Of a stretch of DNA of 64,000 nt, positions 22,077 through 32,115 are shown one piece after another (position 1 is the stretch's first letter; each line of letters opens with the position of its first letter). The stretch covers positions 64,001-128,000 of the forward strand of contig CAVTLK010000005.1 in NCBI GenBank assembly GCA_963735595.1, given 5' to 3'. The translations under genes were made by a program, and so were the position numbers. This DNA is from an uncultured delta proteobacterium (GTDB lineage Bacteria; Desulfobacterota; Zymogenia; Zymogenales; Zymogenaceae). The notes beneath the pieces were generated by a model, which did not search any database, had not been told where the DNA came from, and was given only the letters and a program-made list of their open reading frames with translations.

Positions 22077-22973
22077 ATGGAAGCCAAGGTTTCGCGAAAG
22101 AATATCGATTTTCTCAGCCGGGGCTCGCGTTGCGGGGCGTGGCTTTACGAGCCCTCCGGCGTGAGGAAGCCGCCGGTCGTCGTCATGGCCCACGGCTTCG
22201 CGGCCGAGAAGACCTTCGGGCTTGGCGCGTTTGCCGTGCGGTTCGCGGCGGCGGGTATAGCCGCTTTCGTATTCGACTACCGCAACTTCGGGGCGAGCGA
22301 CGGGAAACCCCGAAACCTCGTGAGCCACCGGCGGCACATCGCCGACTGGCGGTCGGCGATCGATTTCGCCCGCGAGTTGCCCTCGGTCGACGGCGGCAGG
22401 ATGGCGCTGTGGGGGTCGTCGTTTTCCGGCGGGCACGTCATCGTGGCGGCGGCTGCCGACCCACGTATCCGGGCGGTCGTAACCCAGGTCCCCTTCGTGG
22501 ACGGGCTTGCCACGGCCGGGACGCTCGGCGCGCCGTTTGTGGCGGCGGCGACCGTTAAGGGGATACGGGACCTGCTCCGCGCGCTTACCTTTCGCGCGCC
22601 CTACACCGTCCCCGTGGTCGGCGCGCCGGACGAATTTGCCGTCATGAACACGGCCGACGCAAAGCCGGGTTTCCTGGCGATACTCCCGAAAGAGACGGCC
22701 TGGAAAAACGAGTGCCCCGCCCGAATACTTCTGACGGTCACAATGTACCGGCCGGTCCGGTACGCGGGGCGCGTCTCCTGCCCCCTCCTTCTGGTCGCGG
22801 CGAAGAAAGACAGTCTCATCCCCATTGCCGCGGTCAGGAAGACCGCGCAGCGCGCGCCGAAGAGTGAGCTGGTGGAGTATGACATCGGGCATTTCGAGAT
22901 CTACACGGGAAAGCACTTCGAGAAGGCGGTCAAGAGGGAAACGGAGTTCCTGGTAAAGCACCTCTCGGCATAA
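22077..22973 (+). CDS. Alpha/beta hydrolase (S15/FrsA-like)
   Basis: VMAHGF, FDYRNFGASDG, nucleophile WGSSFSGG, KDSL, GHF. Confidence 0.88.
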   Translation: MEAKVSRKNIDFLSRGSRCGAWLYEPSGVRKPPVVVMAHGFAAEKTFGLGAFAVRFAAAGIAAFVFDYRNFGASDGKPRNLVSHRRHIADWRSAIDFARELPSVDGGRMALWGSSFSGGHVIVAAAADPRIRAVVTQVPFVDGLATAGTLGAPFVAAATVKGIRDLLRALTFRAPYTVPVVGAPDEFAVMNTADAKPGFLAILPKETAWKNECPARILLTVTMYRPVRYAGRVSCPLLLVAAKKDSLIPIAAVRKTAQRAPKSELVEYDIGHFEIYTGKHFEKAVKRETEFLVKHLSA

Positions 22974-23071
22974 CGCTCCGCGACGCTAACCGCGGGGTTT
23001 CCGGGTACGGGCGGGCCCCGGACAATCCGAGGTGTGAGGCCGGAAACGCCCGTGGGATACGGCCCGATCGT

Positions 23072-23548
23072 CTACGTGCCGATCTTGCCTCCCGCCCGCA
23101 CGGCGGTCACCACGCCCCCGGCGCATTCGACGCCGCCGGAGACTACGGAGCAGGCGACGACGGACTTTCTCTCCCCGAAACCGGTCACCCGGGCGCGAAG
23201 CTCCAGCTCGACACCCACGGCGGCGGGCGACACGAAATCCACCTCGAGCCGCGCCGTGAAAAATAGGATCAGGGGCTCGGACCCCGGCTCGCGTCCCTGT
23301 TCCTGGTAGGCCGCGGCCACCGCCGTACCGACGCTGTGGCAGTCGATGAGGCTTGCGATCAACCCCCCGTATACGACGCTCGGGTAGGCGGCGTGGCGGG
23401 TAAGCGGAGTGAAGCGGGAGATGCCCTCGGCCCCGTCCCAATAGGTCTCGATGTGCAGTCCCTCGGGATTGTGCCGCCCGCACCCGAAACAGACCGCGAT
23501 GTCGTCCGGGTAGTAGTCCTGTATCGGTCTCTCGTAGACGTAACTCAT
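23072..23548 (-). CDS. PaaI/hotdog-fold thioesterase
   Basis: CFGCGRHNPEGL, YGGLIASLIDCH, TARLEVDF; start taken at MSYVYE. Confidence 0.88.
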   Translation of the reverse strand: MSYVYERPIQDYYPDDIAVCFGCGRHNPEGLHIETYWDGAEGISRFTPLTRHAAYPSVVYGGLIASLIDCHSVGTAVAAAYQEQGREPGSEPLILFFTARLEVDFVSPAAVGVELELRARVTGFGERKSVVACSVVSGGVECAGGVVTAVRAGGKIGT

Positions 23549-23812
23549 CACAGTATTCCCTTCCTCTTTTTGTATTATGGAACCCCGGTCACCGATTTGT
23601 GTCCCACGGTATGTCATTGTCATGTCATTCTCATAGTGGGAGCGGCGCTGTCAAGGATAAATTGCCCCCGTGGTGTCCTGATGGCCGATATTTTTTCGGT
23701 TGACATTGACCGTTTTTGTATTACCTTTAGTAGATATGGGGCCGAATCGCGGCCCCGCCGGAGCTTATTGTTTCAGCCGTAACGGGGGTATCCCCCGGGG
23801 AGGGCAGGTACG

Positions 23813-25105
23813 ATGAAACGGTATCGATTTACGGCCATCACGTCTATCTTCGTTATCCTTGCGCTGGCCGTTCCGCTGTTCTGTTTCGGCGGCGAGTACG
23901 ACGGGCTGCATCAAGTCGAGCGGGACGCCGGATCGCTGGACGCGTACATGAAGAAGGGGGCCGATATCGCCCTGAAGATTACCGAGCTAACCGGCGTTGC
24001 TCTCTCTCCGCTGGTGGGCCTGGTCGTCGTCGGCGGGATCGAGTACTACAAGGCCAAGAAGCAGGGAGAGCCCGTCCGGTGGTTTTTCTCGCTCTGGTTC
24101 ATGGGGGCGATTGCCTTTGTCCTGATCCTTATCACGCTCAAGGATACGATCGGGGAACTGGCCCCGTTTTTCAAGAAGCCGCTCGACGCGCTGGATTTCG
24201 TCCAGCATAAGTTTTCGGGCATCATCGCCTTTGCCATCGTGGCGCCGCAGCTGGTGCTGTCCATCCTCGAACCCGTCAGCCAGACGGTGTCGTATCTCTT
24301 TAACCTGGTCAATCCCGTCGCCACGGCATGGGCGGCCGAATCGGGGACCGGCGCGCTCACCGGGACCGTGGGGACCGTCCTGATCGTGGCGATCGTCGTC
24401 TCGGCCGTCATCGCGGCCGTCTTCTTCCTGACGATCTGGCTTGCGGCCGGCGCGGTGGAGACTCTCATCCTGCTTGCCCCGATCCCCTTTGTGGGGCTCA
24501 TCCTCCGTTCCTTCAGGCTCTCGATATTCACGCTGCTGATGATCGGGGCGGCGATAAGCCCCGTTATCGGGGTACTCCTTTCGTTCGTGATCCTATACCT
24601 CTCGTATCGACTCCTCGGCTGGTCGTATCGTTTGGCCGTCTTCGGGTGGATCATCGCCCTGGATACGCTCGGCGGCAGGCACCACTACGTGCACCTGGAC
24701 GAAGACAACTACATCGCGGCATTCGCGTCATCGGCGATCAAGGGGGTCCGCAACCGGACGTACGGGCGGCTGATGAAGGAGGGCAAGTCCCTCTTCTTTG
24801 AATACCGGAGATTTACGGTCTTTAACCGGAAAAAAGTTGCCGTGGCGGAGAGCCCGGCCCACGTCGGGATAGCCCGGGGGAGCCTGCTGCCCACGGTGAT
24901 CGGTACCAAACACGACCATAAGCGGCCGCCGACGCTCTTCTGGCTGCCGCCCCGTTACCGGGGGCACGAGGAAGGGACGGCGAAATTGCTGGGGCTCTCT
25001 CCCGAGATCCACGATCAGCGCTTCAGAAGGCGGTTGAAGGACGCCTGGAGATGGATTGTCGGCCAGACCGTGGAGGAAGAGACTCCCGTCCCTCAGAAGG
25101 CGTAG
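23813..25105 (+). CDS. Multi-pass membrane protein (DUF4126-like N-terminal region) with soluble C-terminal domain
   Basis: Signal-like N-terminus, several hydrophobic segments (PFFKKPLDALD motif between TMs), basic soluble C-terminus. Confidence 0.6.
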   Translation: MKRYRFTAITSIFVILALAVPLFCFGGEYDGLHQVERDAGSLDAYMKKGADIALKITELTGVALSPLVGLVVVGGIEYYKAKKQGEPVRWFFSLWFMGAIAFVLILITLKDTIGELAPFFKKPLDALDFVQHKFSGIIAFAIVAPQLVLSILEPVSQTVSYLFNLVNPVATAWAAESGTGALTGTVGTVLIVAIVVSAVIAAVFFLTIWLAAGAVETLILLAPIPFVGLILRSFRLSIFTLLMIGAAISPVIGVLLSFVILYLSYRLLGWSYRLAVFGWIIALDTLGGRHHYVHLDEDNYIAAFASSAIKGVRNRTYGRLMKEGKSLFFEYRRFTVFNRKKVAVAESPAHVGIARGSLLPTVIGTKHDHKRPPTLFWLPPRYRGHEEGTAKLLGLSPEIHDQRFRRRLKDAWRWIVGQTVEEETPVPQKA

Positions 25106-25131
25106 CTTTTACGAAGGCCTGTTCAATACGA

Positions 25132-25166
25132 AACGGCCCCCTTCGAAAGAAGGAGGCCGTTCTTTT
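25132..25166 (+). terminator. Rho-independent terminator between convergent genes
   Basis: AACGGCCCCCTTC-GAAA-GAAGGAGGCCGTT followed by CTTTT. Confidence 0.8.
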
Positions 25167-25218
25167 ATACCGGCGGTCCCGCCTAATACCCGTAGGGGCC
25201 GCATTTATGCCGCCCGTC

Positions 25219-26370
25219 CTACCGTCGGGCCGTCCTTTTCTGCAGGGCGATCACCGCGGTGAAGACGGTCAGGCAGGCCAGGATCAGCATGATAAAGAGC
25301 ATCCCGGTAGCCAACGAGGCCGCGTCGGTGATCAGGCCGACGACGTAGGGGAAGATCAGCATGCCGCTGCCCATGAACATCATCAGAAATCCGGTGATGG
25401 TGCCGGGGATACGGGAGAACCGGTTGACGCCCAGCCCCAGGGCCGTCGGGAATATCCCGGAGAAAAAGAGGCCGACCAGGGCCAGGCCCAGCCCTGAAAG
25501 CCACCCCCGGCCCGCCGTCAGAAAGAGGGCGTAGGCGGCAAGCGACAGGGCCGTCAGGATAAAAAGGAGGAGACGGTCCCCGATCTTTCTCGCAGCCACG
25601 AATACCACGAACCTCCCGGCCGTGATCGCCACCCAGAAATAGGAGAGGAAAGAACCGGCCACGAGCGTACTCAGGCCGTAGCGCTGGGTCAGGTGGAGGA
25701 CAGACCAGTAGGTAATCCCCATCTCGGAGCCGACGTAGAGGATAATCACCGCGCCCAACAGCAGCGCCGCGGGTGTGCGGGCGACGGCCACGAATCCGGA
25801 GAAATCGATCTTTTCCGCGGCGACTGCTTGAGGAAAGGGAGAAAACGCCATAAGCGCGGCCACGGCGGCGGCTACAATCGCGAGAACCCAGTAGCCCGTC
25901 TGCCACGCCGCCCCCGAATCGATGAGCGCCCCGGACAGGATCGGCCCCGTCAGCGCCCCGATGCCGAAAAAGGCGTGCAACAGGTTAAGGGCGGAGGCCC
26001 GCTTGTGAGGGAAAAGGCCGGAAACGACGGTGTTCGTGACGATCTCGATACCGCCGCCGGCCATCCCCAGGATAAAAAACGCGGCCAGCGCAACGGCAAA
26101 GCTCGGGGTGGCGGCAAACAGAACAAGTCCCACCGTCAGCAGCGCCTGCCCGGCGACTCCCACGACGTGAGCGCCGTACCGGTCAACGATATATCCGCCC
26201 AGCAGAACCGCGGGTATGAGACCCGCCGAGAGGGTCGTGGTAAAGAGGCCGAGCTGTGAGGGGGAAAGGGAAAAGCCCCGGGCTATGGCGGCAAGCGCCG
26301 GCCCCATGATAGTGATGCACATCCCCCAGCAGAGGATCGAGAGGTATGAGGTAATCGCGGCTCTGTTCAT
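25219..26370 (-). CDS. MFS transporter (TsgA/FucP-like)
   Basis: ~12 TMs; GYIVDRYG, NLLHAFFGIGA, LYVGSE, GRF, SGIFPT. Confidence 0.88.
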   Translation of the reverse strand: MNRAAITSYLSILCWGMCITIMGPALAAIARGFSLSPSQLGLFTTTLSAGLIPAVLLGGYIVDRYGAHVVGVAGQALLTVGLVLFAATPSFAVALAAFFILGMAGGGIEIVTNTVVSGLFPHKRASALNLLHAFFGIGALTGPILSGALIDSGAAWQTGYWVLAIVAAAVAALMAFSPFPQAVAAEKIDFSGFVAVARTPAALLLGAVIILYVGSEMGITYWSVLHLTQRYGLSTLVAGSFLSYFWVAITAGRFVVFVAARKIGDRLLLFILTALSLAAYALFLTAGRGWLSGLGLALVGLFFSGIFPTALGLGVNRFSRIPGTITGFLMMFMGSGMLIFPYVVGLITDAASLATGMLFIMLILACLTVFTAVIALQKRTARR

Positions 26371-26559
26371 ATCGTATCCGTTTCGATAGCCTGTCTTCCG
26401 ATAAAAAATCAGTATAGCAGGATTTCACGTAACGGACAAAACAAAACGTCTCTGCGGCCGATCACCGCCATCATCAGAAGGCCGCCTCGCCCGTCCTCCC
26501 CTGAAGGCGGTGACCGGTACGCGATCGGAAACCTACGAATCGTTACCCGACTATAGCTA

Positions 26560-26588
26560 TTGACAAAAACGCCCTATTTCCCTATACT
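26560..26588 (+). promoter_or_regulatory. Sigma70-type promoter
   Basis: TTGACA-17 bp-TATACT upstream of the SDR gene. Confidence 0.7.
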
Positions 26589-26673
26589 CCAGACACGGCG
26601 CCCGTCCGATACAAAAATGCCGCGCATGCCGATATCCTAGCGGCCGGCGTACCGGTAAGAAAGGAGCGAATCG

Positions 26674-27486
26674 ATGATCAAGAAGGTCCTCGTTACCGGG
26701 GCCTCCCGGGGGATCGGGAAGGCGATTGCGCTCATGCTTGCAGATAGCGGATGCCCGGTCGTGGGGACGTCCCGGTTCACCGCAAAACTCCCGGCCTCCC
26801 TCACAAACCACCCCATGCTGCGGTTCGTCTCCATGGACGTGACCGACCCGCTCTCCATAACACAGGGCGTAACGGAGGCAGCCGGAATCCTCGGTGGGAT
26901 TGACGTTCTGGTAAATAACGCCGGCATCAGCCAGATCGGCCCGCTGGAGGAAATGCCCGAGGCCCAGGGCAGGGCCGTCATGGAGACCGATTTTTTCGGC
27001 CCCGCGGCCGTAATCCGCGGGGTCCTGCCGCACCTGAGAAAGGCGGGCGGGGGCCTGATCATCAACGTCACGTCCCTGGCCGGGCGGATCGGCATCCCCT
27101 ACCAGACCTTCTACTGCGCCTCCAAATTCGCCCTCGAGGGGCTTTCCGAGGCGCTGCGCCTGGAGCTCTATTCCCAGAACATTCGCGTGGTGATCGTCGA
27201 GCCGGGTGATATCAAGACCGATATCGGCGACCACCGGCTGCTGTGCGATGCGGCGATCCCGGAATACCGGAAGGGTTTTACCGCGGCCTGTAACGCCATC
27301 AACCGGTCCGTCGGCGGCGCGGGGCCGCCCGAGGACGTGGCGCGGGTGGTGCTCGAGGTTATCAGCGCGAAAAACCCGCGGACGCGCTACGTCGCGGGAA
27401 AGGGGGCGGCATCCACGAGCCTGTTGATGAGGCTTTTACCCAAGAGGCTCGTCGAGCGGCTCATCCGAAACCACTACGGGGTGTAG
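26674..27486 (+). CDS. Short-chain dehydrogenase/reductase
   Basis: TGASRGIG, NNAG, YCASK, EPG. Confidence 0.93.
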   Translation: MIKKVLVTGASRGIGKAIALMLADSGCPVVGTSRFTAKLPASLTNHPMLRFVSMDVTDPLSITQGVTEAAGILGGIDVLVNNAGISQIGPLEEMPEAQGRAVMETDFFGPAAVIRGVLPHLRKAGGGLIINVTSLAGRIGIPYQTFYCASKFALEGLSEALRLELYSQNIRVVIVEPGDIKTDIGDHRLLCDAAIPEYRKGFTAACNAINRSVGGAGPPEDVARVVLEVISAKNPRTRYVAGKGAASTSLLMRLLPKRLVERLIRNHYGV

Positions 27487-27552
27487 GGGAAGACGAGGGG
27501 ACGAGGACGGGGCCGATCCGGCTGGTGCCGGCGGCGAGATTCCATTAACTCT

Positions 27553-28926
27553 ATGGTAACGGGTCGAAGAAATCCAATGGGTGAAAGAGGGCGCGTCGCT
27601 CCTTCCATAAGCGGCTCGTGGGATTACCGCGCCGTTATCCTCTGTATCCTGCTGTGCCTGCTCCCGCTTGCCTTCCGGTTCCCCCTGTTCGGGCCGCTTG
27701 CCCCGTTGGTCGGCAACAAGTTGCAGCCCCTCGAAATCGCCTTCGTCGTGCTCTTTCCCCTGTATCTCCTGATAGCGGCAAAAAGAGGGGAGCTGCGCAC
27801 CGCGCTGCCGGCGGGCTGGCCGTTCCTCCTCGGGTTCGCGGCGGTCTGCCTGGTTTCAAGTCTCCTTTCGATCGACCCGAAGAAATCGCTCATCGATACT
27901 GCCGGATTCATCTATCTCTTTTTGCTTTACGTCCTTTTTTATAAACTCCTCGAGGACCGACGCAACGTAATCATCTCGATGCGGATCTTCGTCGTCGTTT
28001 CGACGCTTGTCGCCTTCCTTGGATTGGCCGCGTACTGGGCGTACATGATTTTCGGGTACCAGACCTTTGCGGTGGAGGTAGTCAACGATTTCCTCGGGAT
28101 GAAAATGGTCAGGGTAAATTCGACCTTCTTTACCTGCAACCACCTCATCGTTTTTCTCGGTTTTGCCCTGGCAATCGCCCTCTGGTTTTTAGGGTCCCAG
28201 GAGAAGCGGTTGTACAAGATACTGTCCGTGGGCCTTATCGTTATAACCTGTTCCTTTATGCTGACCGGGCTCTACCGGGGCGCGTTCATGATCTGGGGCG
28301 TGCTCTTCTTCGGCACGAGGGATTTCGTTAAGACAAAATGGACCAGGGCGCTTAGGGGCGCACTGCTGATGCTCACGATCATCTTTTCTCTCCTGTTTCT
28401 TTTTCAGGGATATCTAACGCTGGCCCCGGTAAAGATCGCCTATGATCCCGGCGCCGAACGGCTCGGCGCCTCGATTTCCACACAACCTTCCATCTACTCG
28501 CAGCTCCATGAGGCGGCGGCCAAGATCGCCCTGGACCATCCGATCCTCGGAGTCGGCCCCGGCCTCTATAATATTTATATGCAGAAGCCCGAGTACGGGT
28601 TTGATTTCACCGCGCACCCCTTCCGGGGCCTGGACCCGCACAGCACCTACCTCGGCTACGCGGCCGAGACCGGGTTAGCGGGGCTGCTGTTTCTCGTAAT
28701 GTTTTTCGGGATGACGTATAAAAGGGCCGGTGCTGTGGGAAAGGGCGGAGACGAAGCCCGGCGGCTCGGGGGCCTTCTCCGGGTCTATCTTTCTTTTCTG
28801 CTTGTCTATGCGGTGTTTATTGACATCGTCACTATACGATTTCTCTATTTCGCCTATGCCCTGATATCGGTGCTGGCCGATCAGACCGGGGGAGTCTCCG
28901 GGGGAGATACGTCAGAGGTCGGATGA
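27553..28926 (+). CDS. O-antigen ligase/Wzy_C-like membrane protein
   Basis: Multiple TMs, periplasmic loop ending DHPILGVGPG ... PHSTYLGYAAETGLAG. Start may be 27577. Confidence 0.8.
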   Translation: MVTGRRNPMGERGRVAPSISGSWDYRAVILCILLCLLPLAFRFPLFGPLAPLVGNKLQPLEIAFVVLFPLYLLIAAKRGELRTALPAGWPFLLGFAAVCLVSSLLSIDPKKSLIDTAGFIYLFLLYVLFYKLLEDRRNVIISMRIFVVVSTLVAFLGLAAYWAYMIFGYQTFAVEVVNDFLGMKMVRVNSTFFTCNHLIVFLGFALAIALWFLGSQEKRLYKILSVGLIVITCSFMLTGLYRGAFMIWGVLFFGTRDFVKTKWTRALRGALLMLTIIFSLLFLFQGYLTLAPVKIAYDPGAERLGASISTQPSIYSQLHEAAAKIALDHPILGVGPGLYNIYMQKPEYGFDFTAHPFRGLDPHSTYLGYAAETGLAGLLFLVMFFGMTYKRAGAVGKGGDEARRLGGLLRVYLSFLLVYAVFIDIVTIRFLYFAYALISVLADQTGGVSGGDTSEVG

Positions 28927-29879
28927 TGATGCGTTCTAAAACAGGACAGGGGCCGAAAACGGCGGTAGTCATCCCGTGTTATAATGTCCGTGACCGTATA
29001 GCGGACGTTATCTCGGCCGTTCCGAAATATATCGACTATATTATTGTCGTGGACGACCGGTGTCCCCAGGGATCGGGAAAGGCGGCCGAAAAGATCGGCG
29101 ATCCGAGGGTTATCGTTATCTACCATGAAAAGAATCTCGGCGTGGGCGGCGCGGTAGTCTCCGGATTCAAAAAGGGGCTCGCATTAGGGTGTGATATTCT
29201 TATCAAGCTTGACGGCGACGGCCAGATGGCGCCCGGGGACGCGGAACAATTCATCGCGCCAATCCGGGAAGGGAAAGCCGACTACGTAAAAGGGAACCGA
29301 TTTCGGGATCTTTCGTCCATTAGCGCCATGCCGAAGATACGGCTGCTGGGCAACAGCGTGCTTTCCTTCGCGGTGAAGCTCGTCTCCGGCTACTGGAACC
29401 TCGTTGACCCCACGAACGGATATATTGCCGTTTCGGGAAAGACGATCGAGCGGATTAACCTTACTCAGGTTGCTAAGGGTTACTTTTTCGAAATCGATAT
29501 GCTTATAAAGCTCAACATCATCAACGCGGTTATCGCCGAGGCCCCGATACCGGCCCGGTACGGAGACGAGCCCAGCTCGCTGTCCGTTGCGAGGCTGGCC
29601 GTAACCTTTCCGGTTAAATTGCTGAGCGGGTTCATGAAACGGATCCTGTTCAAATACTACATCTACGATTTCAACATGGCGTCGGTCTACCTGCTGATCG
29701 GCGTACCCCTGTTTGTCTTCGGCGTAGCCTTCGGCATCGAGCAATGGATCGATTCATACCTGACACAGGTTCCCCGATCGCCGGGGACTATCATGCTCGT
29801 TGCGCTGCCGATTATCGTCTCGTTCGAGATGCTCCTCCAGGCGATCAACATCGATATAAACTCGGTCCCGAAAAGATAA
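28923..29879 (+). CDS. GT2 glycosyltransferase (DPM1/GtrB-like, two C-terminal TMs)
   Basis: VVIPCYN, VVDD, NLGVGGA, KLDGDGQ, KGNRF, DPTNGY. Confidence 0.92.
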   Translation: MMMRSKTGQGPKTAVVIPCYNVRDRIADVISAVPKYIDYIIVVDDRCPQGSGKAAEKIGDPRVIVIYHEKNLGVGGAVVSGFKKGLALGCDILIKLDGDGQMAPGDAEQFIAPIREGKADYVKGNRFRDLSSISAMPKIRLLGNSVLSFAVKLVSGYWNLVDPTNGYIAVSGKTIERINLTQVAKGYFFEIDMLIKLNIINAVIAEAPIPARYGDEPSSLSVARLAVTFPVKLLSGFMKRILFKYYIYDFNMASVYLLIGVPLFVFGVAFGIEQWIDSYLTQVPRSPGTIMLVALPIIVSFEMLLQAINIDINSVPKR

Positions 29880-29973
29880 CTGAGACAATGTTCGCCCGGA
29901 TCTGACGACACGCGCCCGTATTGTAACGCAGCGTGAATACAAATCAGATGTTAGGGACACCGTATAGCAGGCG

Positions 29974-30771
29974 ATGCAGTTACCTGATTCTAACCATACG
30001 TTCGTGATCCCTGCCTATGGAGATTCTCCCTATCTGGGCGAATGCATCGCCTCGCTAAAGGCGCAAACTACGCCGAGCGATATCCTTATCTCGACCTCGA
30101 CTCCTTCGGCTGATTTAGCGCGTATCGCGCGGGCGCATGATATACAGGTTTTCGTTAATGATGGTAAGAGTACGATTGCCTCGGACTGGTCTTTCGGGTA
30201 TCGATCGGCCACAACGCCGTATATCACCCTTGCCCATCAGGACGACATCTACTATCCCCGTTATACGGAACGCTGCATGGCCGTGGCCGGGCGCTTTAAG
30301 CAAAACCTGATCACGTTTACCGATTACCACGAGCAGATGGGCGATAGGAAGACCGGGTTTCGAGCCAATCTGATCGTAAAGAAGTTGATCCTGTTTCCCT
30401 TTTTTGTGGCCAATCGAAATCTGGAAAGCCGTCTTTTCAAGAAGTGGATGCTCTCGTTCGGCTCGCCGATCTCCTGCCCGAGCGTGATGTACCATAAGGA
30501 GGCGATCGGGGACTTCCGGTTCTCGAACGATTTTATCGTCAACCTCGATTGGGAAGCCTGGATACGCCTGGCCGAACGCGCGGGAGATTTCGTCTTCGTG
30601 AATGAGAGGCTCATGGCCCACCGCATTCACGATGAATCGGCTACGACACGGGGAATTGAGGCGGGGGTAAGAGAGGCCGAAGATACGGCCCTCTTCTCCC
30701 GAATCTGGGGATCGGACGCGGGCCGATTGCTGGCGTGGATGTATAGATTTAGCTACTTTTCAAACGGCTGA
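29974..30771 (+). CDS. GT2 glycosyltransferase
   Basis: FVIPAY, HQDD, ISCPSV, LDWEAW, HRIH. Confidence 0.88.
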   Translation: MQLPDSNHTFVIPAYGDSPYLGECIASLKAQTTPSDILISTSTPSADLARIARAHDIQVFVNDGKSTIASDWSFGYRSATTPYITLAHQDDIYYPRYTERCMAVAGRFKQNLITFTDYHEQMGDRKTGFRANLIVKKLILFPFFVANRNLESRLFKKWMLSFGSPISCPSVMYHKEAIGDFRFSNDFIVNLDWEAWIRLAERAGDFVFVNERLMAHRIHDESATTRGIEAGVREAEDTALFSRIWGSDAGRLLAWMYRFSYFSNG

Positions 30772-30776
30772 TACGA

Positions 30777-31163
30777 ATGAGCACTACCGTAATCCTGATA
30801 CTCTGGATACTGCTCTTTTCCGTCTCGACGTCTTTATCTGTCGTGCTGCTGGGCGACCGTAAGCTTATATCGGGGGATCTCCTTCATGCGGAGCGTCTTC
30901 TGAACCTGGTTTTCCACTGGAAATTTATCGCGGCGTTCCTCCTGGCCCTCGTGGCGCGGGCATCCTTTTTGATGGTGAACAATACGCTCTTGAAGGTCGA
31001 TGACCTGGCCAGGAACTCGACGACGATTACCGCTTTTGTCACCGCCGTAGCCTACATATTCATAATCGGGACGAACTACCTCTTCCTGGGCGAGCGACTT
31101 ACGGCAAACCAGTTGGTCGGAGGTATCGTCATCGTCGCGGGTATATATATCCTGGTGAGATAG
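30777..31163 (+). CDS. Small 4-TM membrane protein (SMR/EamA-like, possible flippase subunit)
   Basis: 128 aa, four hydrophobic segments, FLGERLTANQLVGGIVIVAGI ending typical of DMT/SMR proteins. Confidence 0.7.
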   Translation: MSTTVILILWILLFSVSTSLSVVLLGDRKLISGDLLHAERLLNLVFHWKFIAAFLLALVARASFLMVNNTLLKVDDLARNSTTITAFVTAVAYIFIIGTNYLFLGERLTANQLVGGIVIVAGIYILVR

Positions 31164-31253
31164 GGCCGTCTTTCAATACCGAACAAACCCGGCGCCACGA
31201 TTGTCAGATAACAGTGAGACGAGGGCGGCGCCAGCCGAATGGTCCATACGCGC

Positions 31254-32064
31254 ATGAGTATCCTGATCGGCACGAGCGGCTTTTCCTTTCCCGACTGGGT
31301 CGGGACCGTCTATCCGGCGGGCCTCGCCAAGCCCGAGTGGCTCGTCTATTACGAGCGTGAGCTGGGCTTTTCGGCCCTCGAGATAAACTATACCTACTAT
31401 TCCATGCCGTCCCGGAAGACCCTTGGGGCCATGAGCGCCAAGACCTCGGCCGATTTTACCTTTGTGGTCAAGGCTCACGGTTCCATGACCCACACCCTCT
31501 GGGCGGACAGGAAGCGGCAGGAGATGGTGGACAACCGCGAGTCCTTCGCCGCGTTTACCGGCGGGGTATCGGTGCTGGCCGGGGAAGGTAAGCTCTCGGC
31601 GAGTGCTGGCCCAGTTTCCCTATTTCTTTCACCGCACCGCTCCCAACGAACGATACCTCGCCCAGTTTCGGGAACTCATGGGCGATATCCCGACGACCGT
31701 CGAGTTCCGCAACCGCGACTGGCACGACGAATCGGCCATGCAGATCCTGCAAGACAACGGTCTGGGCTACTGCGTTGTGGATGAGCCGAAGCTGCCCGGC
31801 CTCATGCCCTTTTACCCCGCAGCCACAACCGATATCGGCTACTTCCGGTTCCACGGCAGGAACCCCCGCTGGTTCAACGCGCCGGTGGAGGTTCGGTACG
31901 ACTACCGGTATTCGCCCGAAGAGCTCTCCGAGCTGATCGTCCCGATCGTCGATCTGTCCAAGAAGACCAAAAAAACCCTCGTCTTTTTCAACAACTGCCA
32001 TCTCGGATCGGCGGCCAGGAACGCGGCCGAGCTTGCCCGGATGATCACGGAACGGGCGGGGTAG
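31254..32064 (+). CDS. DUF72 family protein, frameshift near 31600
   Basis: IGTSGFSFPDWVG.VYP, EINYTYY, LAQFP, VEFRN, YFRFHGRN, YDYRYS, FFNNC. Confidence 0.9.
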
Positions 32065-32115
32065 GCGATTGCCGCGGGATGCCGCCGGTTCATCCCGGAA
32101 GGAGGGGCGCTCCGT

